A DNA stretch of 64,000 nt from Lachnospiraceae bacterium (GCA_015057035.1 SVFC01000007.1:34674-98673); one strand, 5' to 3'. Positions 10,207 through 20,079 are shown, numbered from the stretch's first letter. The notes: generated by a model from the sequence alone, not told the origin. A program made the numbers and translations.

Positions 10207-11433
10207 TTATTTTATTAAGTTTTCCACTGCTTCTTTTGTAATATCAGAAGTTAATGTGCCTGCAATCTGTCCATCCTTGATGTAAACAACAGCAGGAGCA
10301 TCTGTGATGCCAAGACGAACTGCAAGTCCGTTTGATTTGTAAACGTCGATACGTGTTACTTTAAGAGCACCAGTATGTTCCTGTTCGATTTCTTCAAACA
10401 TAGGAAGCATATTGCGGCTTTCCTGATTTACAGCATTCCAGATGTAAACAAGGTTTGGTGTGCTCTGTCCCATAATCTGTGTATGGAAGGTTTCAGATTC
10501 TGCAATGTATTTTTCAGCTGCAACACCAGCGATAGCGCCATCGCCAACTGCAGTAGAAACCTGTCTTAACCATTTGCTTCTTACGTCACCAGCAGCAAAT
10601 ACACCAGGAACGTTAGTTTCCATCTTTTCGTTTGTTACAACATAGCCTGGGCCTGCAAGTTCTAAAATGTCACGGTAAATGTCTGTGTTAGGAACATATC
10701 CGATGAACATAAAACAGGTATCTACAGGTACGTCAATGATTTTACCGGTCTTTGTATTCTTTAAAGCAACGCTTCTTAAGTGTTCTTCATCACCACGGAA
10801 TTCAAATGGCATTGTGTTCCAGATAAATTCCATCTTAGGATTTGCAAGGGCATCTGCTTTTGCAATTTCGTTACAGTCCATAATTCCTTCATCATGCATA
10901 ACACTAACGATAACTTTTTTAGCAAATTTTGTTAAGAACATACCTTCTTCGATAGCAGCATCACCAGAACCGATTACGATAACGGTCTTGTCTGTGTTTG
11001 CAGCTGCGTCACAGGTAGCACAGAAGGAAATACCTTTGTCATATAAATATTGAGCTTCACCAGGAGCGCCTGTAAGACGTGGTTTGCTTCCGGCAGCAAC
11101 TATAACAGCTTTACATTCATAGTTTGTACGGAAAGTTTCAACTACTTTTGTTTCACCTTCTAAAGAAACAGCCTTAACGTCTGTTAATTTGAACTTTACA
11201 CCAAATTTTTTCGCCTGTTTGTGGAATAAATCCATAAGTCCAAGTCCTGTTGCACCTTCTGGAAAACCAGGATAATTTTCAATTTCGTTTGTATATGTTG
11301 CAAGACCACCTACAAGAGTTTTCTCAATTACGAGTGTGTTTAATTTTGCGCGACCACAGTAAATCGCAGCAGTTAGTCCTGCGGCGCCACCACCAATGAT
11401 GACAACGTCATACTGTTCAATTTTCTTTTCCAT
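10207..11433 (-). CDS. trxB: thioredoxin-disulfide reductase with fused C-terminal Cys-less thioredoxin-like domain
   Basis: GGGAAGLTAA, IENYPGF, CATCD active site, TNVPGVFAAGD; extra Trx-fold tail (KVTRIDV...LGIT.AP.VVYIKDG). Start MEKKIEQ after gaaaggtga. Confidence 0.85.
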   Translation of the reverse strand: MEKKIEQYDVVIIGGGAAGLTAAIYCGRAKLNTLVIEKTLVGGLATYTNEIENYPGFPEGATGLGLMDLFHKQAKKFGVKFKLTDVKAVSLEGETKVVETFRTNYECKAVIVAAGSKPRLTGAPGEAQYLYDKGISFCATCDAAANTDKTVIVIGSGDAAIEEGMFLTKFAKKVIVSVMHDEGIMDCNEIAKADALANPKMEFIWNTMPFEFRGDEEHLRSVALKNTKTGKIIDVPVDTCFMFIGYVPNTDIYRDILELAGPGYVVTNEKMETNVPGVFAAGDVRSKWLRQVSTAVGDGAIAGVAAEKYIAESETFHTQIMGQSTPNLVYIWNAVNQESRNMLPMFEEIEQEHTGALKVTRIDVYKSNGLAVRLGITDAPAVVYIKDGQIAGTLTSDITKEAVENLIK

Positions 11434-11492
11434 ATTAGTCACCTTTCGATAAAAGGCCTGCCGCATCACTATGATGCGGCAGACAAATCAAA

Positions 11493-12050
11493 TTACATAA
11501 AGAATTTTGCAAGAAGTTTACTTCCAATAAATGCTCCCACGAATAAGAAGATTGCAAAGAACCATCCAGATAAAGACAGGGAGGCGATACTTGAAAACAG
11601 TGCGCCGATATTACATCCACCTGCAAGTCTTGCACCATAACCCATAAGTAAGCCGCCAAGAGTAGCTGCTACAATCTGTCTTACACCTTTGATTTTCTTG
11701 AGCTTAAACTGTGATGCAGCAAGTGTCGCGAAAAGAGCACCTGCAATAATACCAAAGTTTAACCAAGATCCACCGTGGTTTAAAATACCATTATCTAATG
11801 TCGCCTGAGCGCCTGTTGAAGAGAAGTAGTGCCATTTGTCCACACTACCTCCAAATAATTCATAAATCCAAGCTCCCCAGTTTGCGAACACACCGGAAAC
11901 ACCCCAAGGGCTACCAGTAACTGCAAAAATAGCAATCTGGAATAATGATAATAAAACTGCTCCTGTTACATATGTAAATGGATTTTTGAAAATCTTCTTA
12001 TAATAAGTGTTCTTGCTAATTTTATCCCAAAAATTCTTCAAGAATATCAC
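11493..12050 (-). CDS. YeeE/YedE (TsuA-like) sulfur-compound transporter, C-terminal half
   Basis: PWGVS, GGLLMGYGARLAGGCNIG motif, multiple TM helices. Confidence 0.85.
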   Translation of the reverse strand: MIFLKNFWDKISKNTYYKKIFKNPFTYVTGAVLLSLFQIAIFAVTGSPWGVSGVFANWGAWIYELFGGSVDKWHYFSSTGAQATLDNGILNHGGSWLNFGIIAGALFATLAASQFKLKKIKGVRQIVAATLGGLLMGYGARLAGGCNIGALFSSIASLSLSGWFFAIFLFVGAFIGSKLLAKFFM

Positions 12051-12058
12051 CTACCTTA

Positions 12059-12286
12059 TTAGTTTGTTTTTTCGATAATGATTTCCCATTCGCCGTCGTC
12101 TACTTCTTCGATTTCAACGTTGTGACCGTTGTTTCTAGCCCATTCAGGAATGTTCTTCATAGCACAGCTGTGGTCGATCTGAGCGATGATAACATCACCA
12201 ATCGCACTCTGTTCCATCTGTTTCTGTACTTTCATTAAAGGAATTGGACAAGCTTCTCCTAAACAATCAATTACATGTTCTGCCAT
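12059..12286 (-). CDS. TusA/YeeD (TsuB-like) sulfur carrier
   Basis: IDCLGEACPIP (CPxP motif), DH...NIPEW; 75 aa. Confidence 0.9.
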   Translation of the reverse strand: MAEHVIDCLGEACPIPLMKVQKQMEQSAIGDVIIAQIDHSCAMKNIPEWARNNGHNVEIEEVDDGEWEIIIEKTN

Positions 12287-12334
12287 AATTATAATCCTCC
12301 ATAAATAAATAGTTTTGTTAAAATAAAAATATTA

Positions 12335-13033
12335 TTATTCTTCGTCTGTGATACCCATTTTCTTCTTTTCATACAAATCAGCTGCAATGTAAAGAAGTAA
12401 GATAACGAGTAACTGAATTACAAGTGCACCGAACCATCCAAAAATGTCTGGAAGGAAAATCTTAGGTGCTACTGCGTTAAAGTTCAGTTCCCAGAAGCCC
12501 ATATGATTAGCTCCGATGAGAGAACCGATAATGAAAAATACAAGGCTGAGCATCTGCATTGTAAAGCCTTCGCCTACACGCATCAATGTACCAGAAGCAC
12601 ATCCGCCGGCGATAACCATACCAATACCGAAAAGAATTCCGCCAAGTGCTGTTGCTAAGCTGATAGGCATTACATAACTCTGGCCAGGAATTGTTCCAGT
12701 TGTAATGTATGAGCCATACTTAATTGCAGTAAAGCCAATAGTTGTGATTGCAAATGCAATCAAAACAGCACGAGTTACAGATGTTGAACCGGTAATGCAA
12801 GGATCTCGTAATGAGGCTGTAAAACAGAAACGAGATTTCTGCAAAATAAATCCGAAACAACAGCCAAAGCTCCAATATAAAGCCATAGTGCTGTTATGTA
12901 ATCCGAGAAAGATACCTACGCCAATAACAAGAACCAGTACGATTAAAGCAATCGGAAGCTGGCTTTTTTTCTTTTTTCTTGGAGTAGAGGATCTACGGAT
13001 TGGAGTTGCCGAAGTGTTTGTTGTCTCAGGCAT
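12335..13033 (-). CDS. YeeE/YedE (TsuA-like) sulfur-compound transporter, N-terminal half
   Basis: GFILQKSRFCF and GMVIAGGCASGTL motifs. Start moved to MPETT (RBS aaggaggt). Confidence 0.85.
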   Translation of the reverse strand: MPETTNTSATPIRRSSTPRKKKKSQLPIALIVLVLVIGVGIFLGLHNSTMALYWSFGCCFGFILQKSRFCFTASLRDPCITGSTSVTRAVLIAFAITTIGFTAIKYGSYITTGTIPGQSYVMPISLATALGGILFGIGMVIAGGCASGTLMRVGEGFTMQMLSLVFFIIGSLIGANHMGFWELNFNAVAPKIFLPDIFGWFGALVIQLLVILLLYIAADLYEKKKMGITDEE

Positions 13034-13259
13034 TCCAATTACCTCCTTATTTAATTCTGTTTTGAGGACAGATATCAAGTTTTGCCATTGATATCTTTTA
13101 TAGTGCATTATTACTACGGAATAAGTATAACACATTGTTATTTTTTTGACTATCCAAGATATTTATGCTGTATAACTTTTTTTAATTGGTTATTATTGTG
13201 AAAAAAAGAAAAATGTAGTATAATCAATCATTATATTAAAAAGAAAGGAGAGACGTGGT

Positions 13260-14159
13260 ATGTTATTGGAAAATGTGATAATGTTTAGCAAGGTTGCAAG
13301 CCAAAAAAGTATTTCAAAGGTGGCAGCAGCAAACCATATCTCTCAGCCGGCGCTTAGTCAGCAGATGCAACGTTTGGAGGAAGAGCTTGGAACAAAACTG
13401 TTTGTGCGTTCCAATCGTGGAATTGAGTTGACAGAGGCTGGACATATTATGCAGCGCTATGCGGTTTTTTTTGAAAAAAATTATGAGAATTTAAAAGAGG
13501 AAATTGAAAATCTGAGTTCTTGTAATATAACGTTTCGTATTGCAGCGTCGCCAGTAGTGTGCAACTATGCATTACCTTGTAACCTTTATAAGATGAACAA
13601 GCAGTTCCCGGATTGTGCTTTTTCCATGGTGGATGAACGTTCGGCAGAAGTCATTCAGCAGGTGCAGAATGGGCAGGTGGATATTGGATTTATCGTGGGA
13701 CGTTCTGAAGCAGAGGGAGTGGTAGAGACGCCTGCCTTTTCGGATCGAATTTATCTGATTGCAAATAGTACAACACAGCTACCGGAGATAAAAGATATTC
13801 AGGATATTATGAAGCTTCCGCTATTGATGTTAAATAATTCGTTTAGTTCTTATCGCCTGGTGAGGGATTACTTAAGACAAGAAGGAATCGAACCGGAAAT
13901 GCTGAATGTTAGCAGTACGCTCAATTCTACAGAGGCAATTAAAAGTGCAGTTTCGGCTGGATATGGAGTTGCATTTTTGCCATATATGGCAGTGAAAAAA
14001 GAATTGTATACGAAAGAATTCAAAATTGTTGAGATACCAGATTTTGATTTGAATTATGAAATATATTCTATCTACAGTGAAAATCGTGAAGATAGAGGCA
14101 ATACCATTAATGAAATTATTCATTATATGGTTACAACTGTAAACAAAAATATCTGTTAA
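13260..14159 (+). CDS. LysR-family regulator (CysL-like)
   Basis: HTH SISKVA..HISQPALSQQMQRLEEELGTKLF.R; STEAIKSAV.AGYGVAFLP; divergent from the yeeE operon. Confidence 0.9.
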   Translation: MLLENVIMFSKVASQKSISKVAAANHISQPALSQQMQRLEEELGTKLFVRSNRGIELTEAGHIMQRYAVFFEKNYENLKEEIENLSSCNITFRIAASPVVCNYALPCNLYKMNKQFPDCAFSMVDERSAEVIQQVQNGQVDIGFIVGRSEAEGVVETPAFSDRIYLIANSTTQLPEIKDIQDIMKLPLLMLNNSFSSYRLVRDYLRQEGIEPEMLNVSSTLNSTEAIKSAVSAGYGVAFLPYMAVKKELYTKEFKIVEIPDFDLNYEIYSIYSENREDRGNTINEIIHYMVTTVNKNIC

Positions 14160-14374
14160 GGCTTTGTGATATGAAGCTCCCAGATGCCGTTCATAGGCTC
14201 TTGGATTTCCACAGAGAGATTATTTTTGCTACAGAATTCGGTAATGGATTCTACAGAACAGCTGTGGTCCGTAACGAGTTTGATACATTCGCCGCTTTTT
14301 TTTAATTCTTTGCATTGTTGTAACTTCATAAGAGGAATCGGACACATATCGCCGAGGCAGAGGATGTCTTTCAT
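14156..14374 (-). CDS. second TusA/YeeD-family sulfur carrier
   Basis: LCLGDMCPIP and LVTDHSC; RBS aggag. Confidence 0.85.
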   Translation of the reverse strand: MKDILCLGDMCPIPLMKLQQCKELKKSGECIKLVTDHSCSVESITEFCSKNNLSVEIQEPMNGIWELHITKP

Positions 14375-14446
14375 GGATGTTCTCCTAATAACTTGTGAAT
14401 TTTAAAAAAGTATAGCACGGTTTATTACAAAGGGAAAGGAATTTTC

Positions 14447-15577
14447 GTGATTATGATTCCGTTGCATCGTCCAATTTATCAAAAAAAAGAACAGGAATAT
14501 ATAAAGTCTGCCATGGAATTCAAAACCGGGCAGACCTCTTTTTGTGCTTTGTGCGAGAATTGGCTTACGGATTACATGAAGATTCCGGGAATGATGACTA
14601 CCTCCTGTTCCACAGCGTTGGATTTGGCGGCGGCTTTGTTGCATGCAAAACCAGGAGATGAGGTCATTATGCCTTCCTTTACCTTTTCTTCCACTGCGAA
14701 CGCGTTTGTGCGTCAGGGGCTGGTGCCGGTGTTTGTAGATGCCCGCAAGGATACAATGAATTTGGATGAGAAGAAAATAGAGGCTGCAATTACGAAGCGC
14801 ACGATGGCAATTGTACCAGTGCATTACGCAGGGGTTGCTTGTGAAATGGATATGATACAGCAGATTGCAGAGCAGTATCATTTATCAATAATTGAAGATG
14901 CTGCGCAAGGGCTTGGAGCGTATTACAAAGGAAAACCGCTTGGAAGTTTTGGTGAATTTTCGGGGGTTAGTTTCCATGAAACCAAGAATTTCAGTATGGG
15001 AGAAGGCGGTGCCTTATTTGTCAAAGACACTCAGCGGTTCATAGAGGCGGAGATTATGGCGGATTGTGGAACCGACCGCAAAAAAGTCCGAAGAAAAGAG
15101 ACATTAGAATATACCTGGATTGAAAAAGGAGCATCCTGTGTGCCATCGGATATTTCCTGTATGTTCTTATATCCGCAATTATATATGGCTGACGAGATTA
15201 CGAGCAATCGCCTCGCAACATGGGAATTTTATCATAACGAACTGACAGATCTGGCAAAACAGGAAAGAATTGTGCTTCCGATAGTGCCAAAGGAATGTAA
15301 TCATAATGGGCATATTTTTGCGGTTCGTTTACAGGATAAAGAAGAGCGCAATGCTATGATGCATTATTTGAATGAAAAAGGCATTATGGCGGCATATCAT
15401 TATATTCCGCTACATTCTGCAAAGGCGGGAAGAGTTTATGGACGTTTTCACGGAGAGGATGAGGTGACGACATCAGAGAGTGAACGTTTGCTTCGTCTGC
15501 CACTTTATTATGGCATAACCGCGGAAGAGAGAGAGCAGGTTGTGGAGGCAATCCGCGCCTGGTGTATTAAGAAATAG
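14447..15577 (+). CDS. DegT/DnrJ-family NDP-sugar aminotransferase (WecE/RffA-like)
   Basis: TTSCSTALD, PSFTFSSTANAF, PVHYAG, IIEDAAQ, SFHETKN (PLP Lys), GEGGAL, HYIPLH, LLRLPL. Confidence 0.9.
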   Translation: MIMIPLHRPIYQKKEQEYIKSAMEFKTGQTSFCALCENWLTDYMKIPGMMTTSCSTALDLAAALLHAKPGDEVIMPSFTFSSTANAFVRQGLVPVFVDARKDTMNLDEKKIEAAITKRTMAIVPVHYAGVACEMDMIQQIAEQYHLSIIEDAAQGLGAYYKGKPLGSFGEFSGVSFHETKNFSMGEGGALFVKDTQRFIEAEIMADCGTDRKKVRRKETLEYTWIEKGASCVPSDISCMFLYPQLYMADEITSNRLATWEFYHNELTDLAKQERIVLPIVPKECNHNGHIFAVRLQDKEERNAMMHYLNEKGIMAAYHYIPLHSAKAGRVYGRFHGEDEVTTSESERLLRLPLYYGITAEEREQVVEAIRAWCIKK

Positions 15578-15594
15578 AAAGGTTTGCTGTTAAG

Positions 15595-17541
15595 ATGAAT
15601 AAATCACTTGCGGTAATCATTCCTGTGTACCGTAGTAAGGAGACGGTCAGAGAACTGGTGGAAGCAATCAAGGAAGAGTTTTGCACCACCTGTTCTTACC
15701 ATATTTATCTGGTGGATGACGGGAATGGTGAGGAGATTAGAAATTTTTTGGTGGCACATTGTCTGCAGGAGAATGTGACACTAATTGTTTTAAAAGAAAA
15801 CTATGGGCAACAGAATGCGGTGCTCTGCGGTTTGCGCCATAGCTTGGCTTATGATTATGTGGCAGTGATGGATGATGATTTGGCACATCCTGTAGCTGTG
15901 TTAAAGACTATGTATGAGAAAATGGCAGAAGGTTACGAACTTGTCTATGGAACACCGGAAGAAAATCTCCAGTATACATTGGGTAGCAGAGTGCGGGATG
16001 GGTTATTCCATTGGGCGCTTTCCTGTCCAAAGGGAAAAAGGGTAAGCAGTTTTCGTGTGATGAAGTCTGAGGTGGCAAGGGAGGTTGTAAAATGGGAAAA
16101 AGCCTTCTTTTATTTCTCCGCAACTGCACTGCAAAAGTTTCAAAACATTGAAAATGTAGAATATGTTCCGGTAAAGTCAACTCGTTCCAGCGGGTATACC
16201 TTTGGAAAACGAATGAAACTATTTATGCGCATTTTGTGGTATTATTGCCTTCCATTTGCTCCAAAAAAGAGCAAAAAGTCATTGTATGAGGTGTCTGAGG
16301 TGTATCCCAAACTGATGGTATTAGGTGGTTCGAATTGTCAGTTGCATGCATTGGAACGTGCAAAGCAGGAGGGAATGTATACCGTGCTGGCAGATTATAC
16401 AACAATGCCACCGGGAGCCGCTGTAGCGGATGTTCACGAGAAGATAAGCACTTTTGATGCAGAGGCTTGTCTGGATGCGGCGAGAAGACATCATATTCAG
16501 GGCGTAATGACTATGGGAACAGACCAGCCAGTTCTAACGGCGGCGAAGGTTAGTGATGCGTTAGGCCTTCCATCCTGTCTTAGTACAGAACAAGCGCTTT
16601 ACGTAACTAATAAAAAATATATGAAACAGCGACTGCAGGAGGCTGAGATTCTCACTTCCCCATGGATGCTGGTGGATAAAAACACAACGGAGGAAGAAAT
16701 AGCAAAACTTACACCACCGTATGTGTTAAAACCATTGGATTCCCAGGGACAAAGAGGGATTTTTAAATTAAACACTCCGCAGGAAGTTTTAGAACATTTG
16801 GAAGAGACATTATCTTTTTCCAGATGCGAGGAAGCACTTTTAGAAGAGTTTTATGAGAGTGAAGAGGTTACGGTCAGTGGTTATGTAAGCAAGGGCAGAT
16901 TGATTATTTTGACCATCACAGACCGCCTTTTATATCCAGATCCGGTACATATTGGAGTGTGCATTGGACATCGGTTTCCATCAGTTCATATGGGAAGATA
17001 TGAGGAAATACGTGGGATTTCAGAAGGGCTGGTGAAGACATTTCAGATTCCAGAGGGGCCGTTTTATCTGCAACTTCTGGTAGGAGAGAAGGGAATCCGT
17101 GTGAACGAGCTTGCCTGCCGTATTGGTGGAGCCTTCGAAGATGTTATGATTCCGTGGTTGACGGGATTTGACTTCCTTGGAGCGGTAATCAAGAATGCAC
17201 TGGGGCGTACAGTGGATGCGTCACAATATTATGATTTCCGGTGTGATGAATTGGAGAAAGCGGCTTCCGTACAGCTGTTATTCTGTCATCCGGGAACCAT
17301 CGTGAGTGTGACAGATAAAAAAATCATACAGGGCTTGCCAGGAGTGTTAGATAGTGGATATAATTATCAGCCGGGCAGTACCATTTTGAAGATGGAAAAT
17401 GCAACAGCACGTTTTGGACATGCTGTAATTGTAGGAACTAAGGATACTATAGGACAGAATATTCAACTGTTTTACGATACATTATCCGTTCGTTCCACAG
17501 AGGGTATGGAGATGTTGCATCGTCTGTATCCAGAGCAATAG
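15595..17541 (+). CDS. GT2 polyprenol-phosphate glycosyltransferase (ArnC-like) fused to an ATP-grasp ligase
   Basis: N-terminus: VIIPVY, LVDDG, NYGQQNAVLCG, MDDDL.HP. C-terminus: LGGSNCQ, VLKPLDSQGQRG, LEEF, VNELACRIGG. Confidence 0.8.
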   Translation: MNKSLAVIIPVYRSKETVRELVEAIKEEFCTTCSYHIYLVDDGNGEEIRNFLVAHCLQENVTLIVLKENYGQQNAVLCGLRHSLAYDYVAVMDDDLAHPVAVLKTMYEKMAEGYELVYGTPEENLQYTLGSRVRDGLFHWALSCPKGKRVSSFRVMKSEVAREVVKWEKAFFYFSATALQKFQNIENVEYVPVKSTRSSGYTFGKRMKLFMRILWYYCLPFAPKKSKKSLYEVSEVYPKLMVLGGSNCQLHALERAKQEGMYTVLADYTTMPPGAAVADVHEKISTFDAEACLDAARRHHIQGVMTMGTDQPVLTAAKVSDALGLPSCLSTEQALYVTNKKYMKQRLQEAEILTSPWMLVDKNTTEEEIAKLTPPYVLKPLDSQGQRGIFKLNTPQEVLEHLEETLSFSRCEEALLEEFYESEEVTVSGYVSKGRLIILTITDRLLYPDPVHIGVCIGHRFPSVHMGRYEEIRGISEGLVKTFQIPEGPFYLQLLVGEKGIRVNELACRIGGAFEDVMIPWLTGFDFLGAVIKNALGRTVDASQYYDFRCDELEKAASVQLLFCHPGTIVSVTDKKIIQGLPGVLDSGYNYQPGSTILKMENATARFGHAVIVGTKDTIGQNIQLFYDTLSVRSTEGMEMLHRLYPEQ

Positions 17542-17553
17542 AAAGGAACTAAT

Positions 17554-18546
17554 ATGAAGAAAAGTAAGTGGTTTATAAGTGTATTATTAATCGTTGTGAT
17601 TATTTTGAGCATGATGACAGGCTGTGGAAAGAAAGAAAAGGTAACCCTTAATATTGCACAGCAATTTGGAATCGCCTATGCGCCGCTGAATATTATGGAA
17701 CAGTTAGGTATGCTGGAAGAAAAACTTCCAGGAGTTGAGATCGTATGGAAGCAGTTCGGTGGACCAACTGCAATTCGTGAAGCCATGTTAAGTGGGGAAG
17801 TGGATTTCGGTTTTATGGGGATTGCTCCAGTTATGATTGGCTATGACAATGGTATGCGTTGGCGTTATGCAACAGGAATCAGCGCCAATCAGGTAGCCCT
17901 TGTAACAGATAAAGAAGGGGTCAATTCTTTAAAGGATTTTACAAAGCAGGATAAAATAGCTATTCTATCTCCAGGCTGTACACAGCATATGCTCCTTTGT
18001 ATGCTGGCAAAGCAGCAGTTGGGGGATTATATGGCATTGGATAATCAGCTGGTGTCTATGACTCATCCAGATGCAATGAATGCTCTGATTGCAAATACAG
18101 AAGTAAGTGCTCATTTTGCGACTCCGCCTTATTTGCAGGAAGAGCTTAATAATGGCATGCATATTATTGCAGATGGCGAGGATATTGTGGGAGCGCAGTT
18201 TACTTTTATTAGTGGTGTTGCTATGGAGCAGTTCTATGAGGACTATCCGGAATTATATACTGCGTTTATTGAAACGCTTAACGAGGCTATTGATTATATT
18301 AACGAGAACCCAGACGAGGCCATTCGAATTCTTGCACCACTTTATGGATTATCAGAAGAAGCGTTAAAGGAACAGATGAGCTATGGTGGAACTATTTATT
18401 CTTCTGATTTATGTGGTGTAGAACCGATTAAACAGGCTATGTACGAGATGGGATTTTTAAAAGAGAATTATGATTACAAAGCTCTCTGCTTTGACAATGT
18501 GGTATGGAAAGAAGAGTACAAAGCAGAAGAGAAACAGGAGAAATAA
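17554..18546 (+). CDS. ABC transporter substrate-binding lipoprotein, NitT/TauT/SsuA family
   Basis: Lipobox MTGC; IAQQFGIAYAP, GGPTAIREAMLSGEVD, HPDA, HFATPPY. Confidence 0.85.
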   Translation: MKKSKWFISVLLIVVIILSMMTGCGKKEKVTLNIAQQFGIAYAPLNIMEQLGMLEEKLPGVEIVWKQFGGPTAIREAMLSGEVDFGFMGIAPVMIGYDNGMRWRYATGISANQVALVTDKEGVNSLKDFTKQDKIAILSPGCTQHMLLCMLAKQQLGDYMALDNQLVSMTHPDAMNALIANTEVSAHFATPPYLQEELNNGMHIIADGEDIVGAQFTFISGVAMEQFYEDYPELYTAFIETLNEAIDYINENPDEAIRILAPLYGLSEEALKEQMSYGGTIYSSDLCGVEPIKQAMYEMGFLKENYDYKALCFDNVVWKEEYKAEEKQEK

Positions 18547-18551
18547 TTAGA

Positions 18552-19319
18552 ATGAACAAAGGAATACAACGTGCATTTTGGATAGTGCTTCTACTGATTG
18601 TATGGGAGATTTCAGTAAAAGTCAGTGGTGTTTCACCGTTGCTTTTCCCTTCGGTAGAAGAGGTGATTGCCACCTTAATAGAAGATATGGTGAACGGAAA
18701 TTTATTGATTCAGACCATTTCTTCCGTAGGGATTTTGTTTTTTGCGCTTATCATTTCTTTGGTAATGGCATTTGTACTGGCGTGGTTGTCTGGGGTATCT
18801 AAGGTGACAGAAAGTTTTGTGGACACCCTGACCGTGGTGGCGCATCCCCTTCCGGGATTGGCTATTTTGCCATTGATTATTATGTGGTTTGGGACTGGAA
18901 CGGGTGCAGTTCTTGCAATTGTGGTTCATTCTGCGGTATGGCCATTGTTGCTTAATATTCTGACGGGATTTGCGGAGATTCCTAAGATTTATACGGATTT
19001 GGGCAATAACCTGTCTATGTCCAAGCGTAGTGTGCTGTTTGAAATAAAGCTTCCAGCATCGGTGGGCTATATTATTTCTGGCATTAAAATTGGCTGGGCA
19101 CGAGGATGGAGAGCCTTTATCAGCGCAGAGATGGTGTTTGGCGCCATCGGTGGCAAAGGGGGTATTGGCTGGTATATTTTTAACCAGCGAACGTTTATGG
19201 ACACAGCGGGTTTGTTTGCGGGCATCTTAGTGGTCATTATCATTGGGATTATAGTGGAAAACGGCTTGTTTGGATGGTTGGAAAAGAAGTGTGCCCATAT
19301 GGGAACAAAGGAACGTTAG
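18552..19319 (+). CDS. ABC transporter permease, TauC/SsuC family
   Basis: FPS...V, HPLPGLAILPLIIMWFG, GIKIGWARGWRAFISAEM. Confidence 0.88.
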   Translation: MNKGIQRAFWIVLLLIVWEISVKVSGVSPLLFPSVEEVIATLIEDMVNGNLLIQTISSVGILFFALIISLVMAFVLAWLSGVSKVTESFVDTLTVVAHPLPGLAILPLIIMWFGTGTGAVLAIVVHSAVWPLLLNILTGFAEIPKIYTDLGNNLSMSKRSVLFEIKLPASVGYIISGIKIGWARGWRAFISAEMVFGAIGGKGGIGWYIFNQRTFMDTAGLFAGILVVIIIGIIVENGLFGWLEKKCAHMGTKER

Positions 19320-19332
19320 AATAGGTAGTAAA

Positions 19333-20073
19333 ATGGAAGAAACAAAGGTATTATTAGAATTAGATCATATAACTAAGAAATTTGAAAAAGACAGTGCCCG
19401 TTTTTCGGTGCTTGAAGATGTATCTTTGAGTATTGAGGAAGGAGAGTTTTTTGTCCTGTTAGGAAGAAGTGGATGTGGAAAGACAACATTGCTTAGGATT
19501 GCGGGAGGATTTTTATCTCCAGATTCTGGCGAAGTTCGTCTTCAGGGAAAACGCGTTACTCAGCCGGGGACGAGTCAGATGATGGTGTTCCAGGATTTCA
19601 ATCAGTTGTTTCCGTGGATGACATTGAAGAAGAATTTGACCTATGCCATCAAAAAAGCAAGACCACAGTTGAGTCAGAAGGAAAGGGAAGAAGTTGCGGA
19701 AAAATTCCTAAAAGCAGCGGGGATTGCAGAATTCTCCAACCAGTATCCGGCGAGTCTTTCCGGTGGAATGAAACAGCGCGGTGCTCTGGCAAGAGCCCTT
19801 GCATTAAATCCAAAGGTTCTTTTGATGGACGAGCCATTCTCCAGTCTGGATTATCTGTCCAGACAGACTGCAAGAGAAACTGTGCTCAAGATGGCACAGG
19901 AAACGGGATGCACAGTGTTGCTGGTAACCCATGACATTGAAGAAGCGGCGGTGCTTGGTGACCGCATTGGTATCTTAGATACAGAAAACCATAGATTGTC
20001 CCAAATCTTTACAACTGCTGAGTTTGAGTCCAAGGACGCTCTGGTAGATGTGTTGAAAAAAGAACTGCTATAA
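19333..20073 (+). CDS. ABC transporter ATPase, TauB/SsuB family
   Basis: GRSGCGKT, LSGGMKQR, LLMDEPFSSLD, VTHDIEEA. Confidence 0.9.
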   Translation: MEETKVLLELDHITKKFEKDSARFSVLEDVSLSIEEGEFFVLLGRSGCGKTTLLRIAGGFLSPDSGEVRLQGKRVTQPGTSQMMVFQDFNQLFPWMTLKKNLTYAIKKARPQLSQKEREEVAEKFLKAAGIAEFSNQYPASLSGGMKQRGALARALALNPKVLLMDEPFSSLDYLSRQTARETVLKMAQETGCTVLLVTHDIEEAAVLGDRIGILDTENHRLSQIFTTAEFESKDALVDVLKKELL

Positions 20074-20079
20074 TAGGGG

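Noticed and set aside
13034-13135. Longer start for the first YeeE gene
   Set aside because: A strong aaggaggt RBS precedes ATG 13033, and the extension overlaps the regulatory region.
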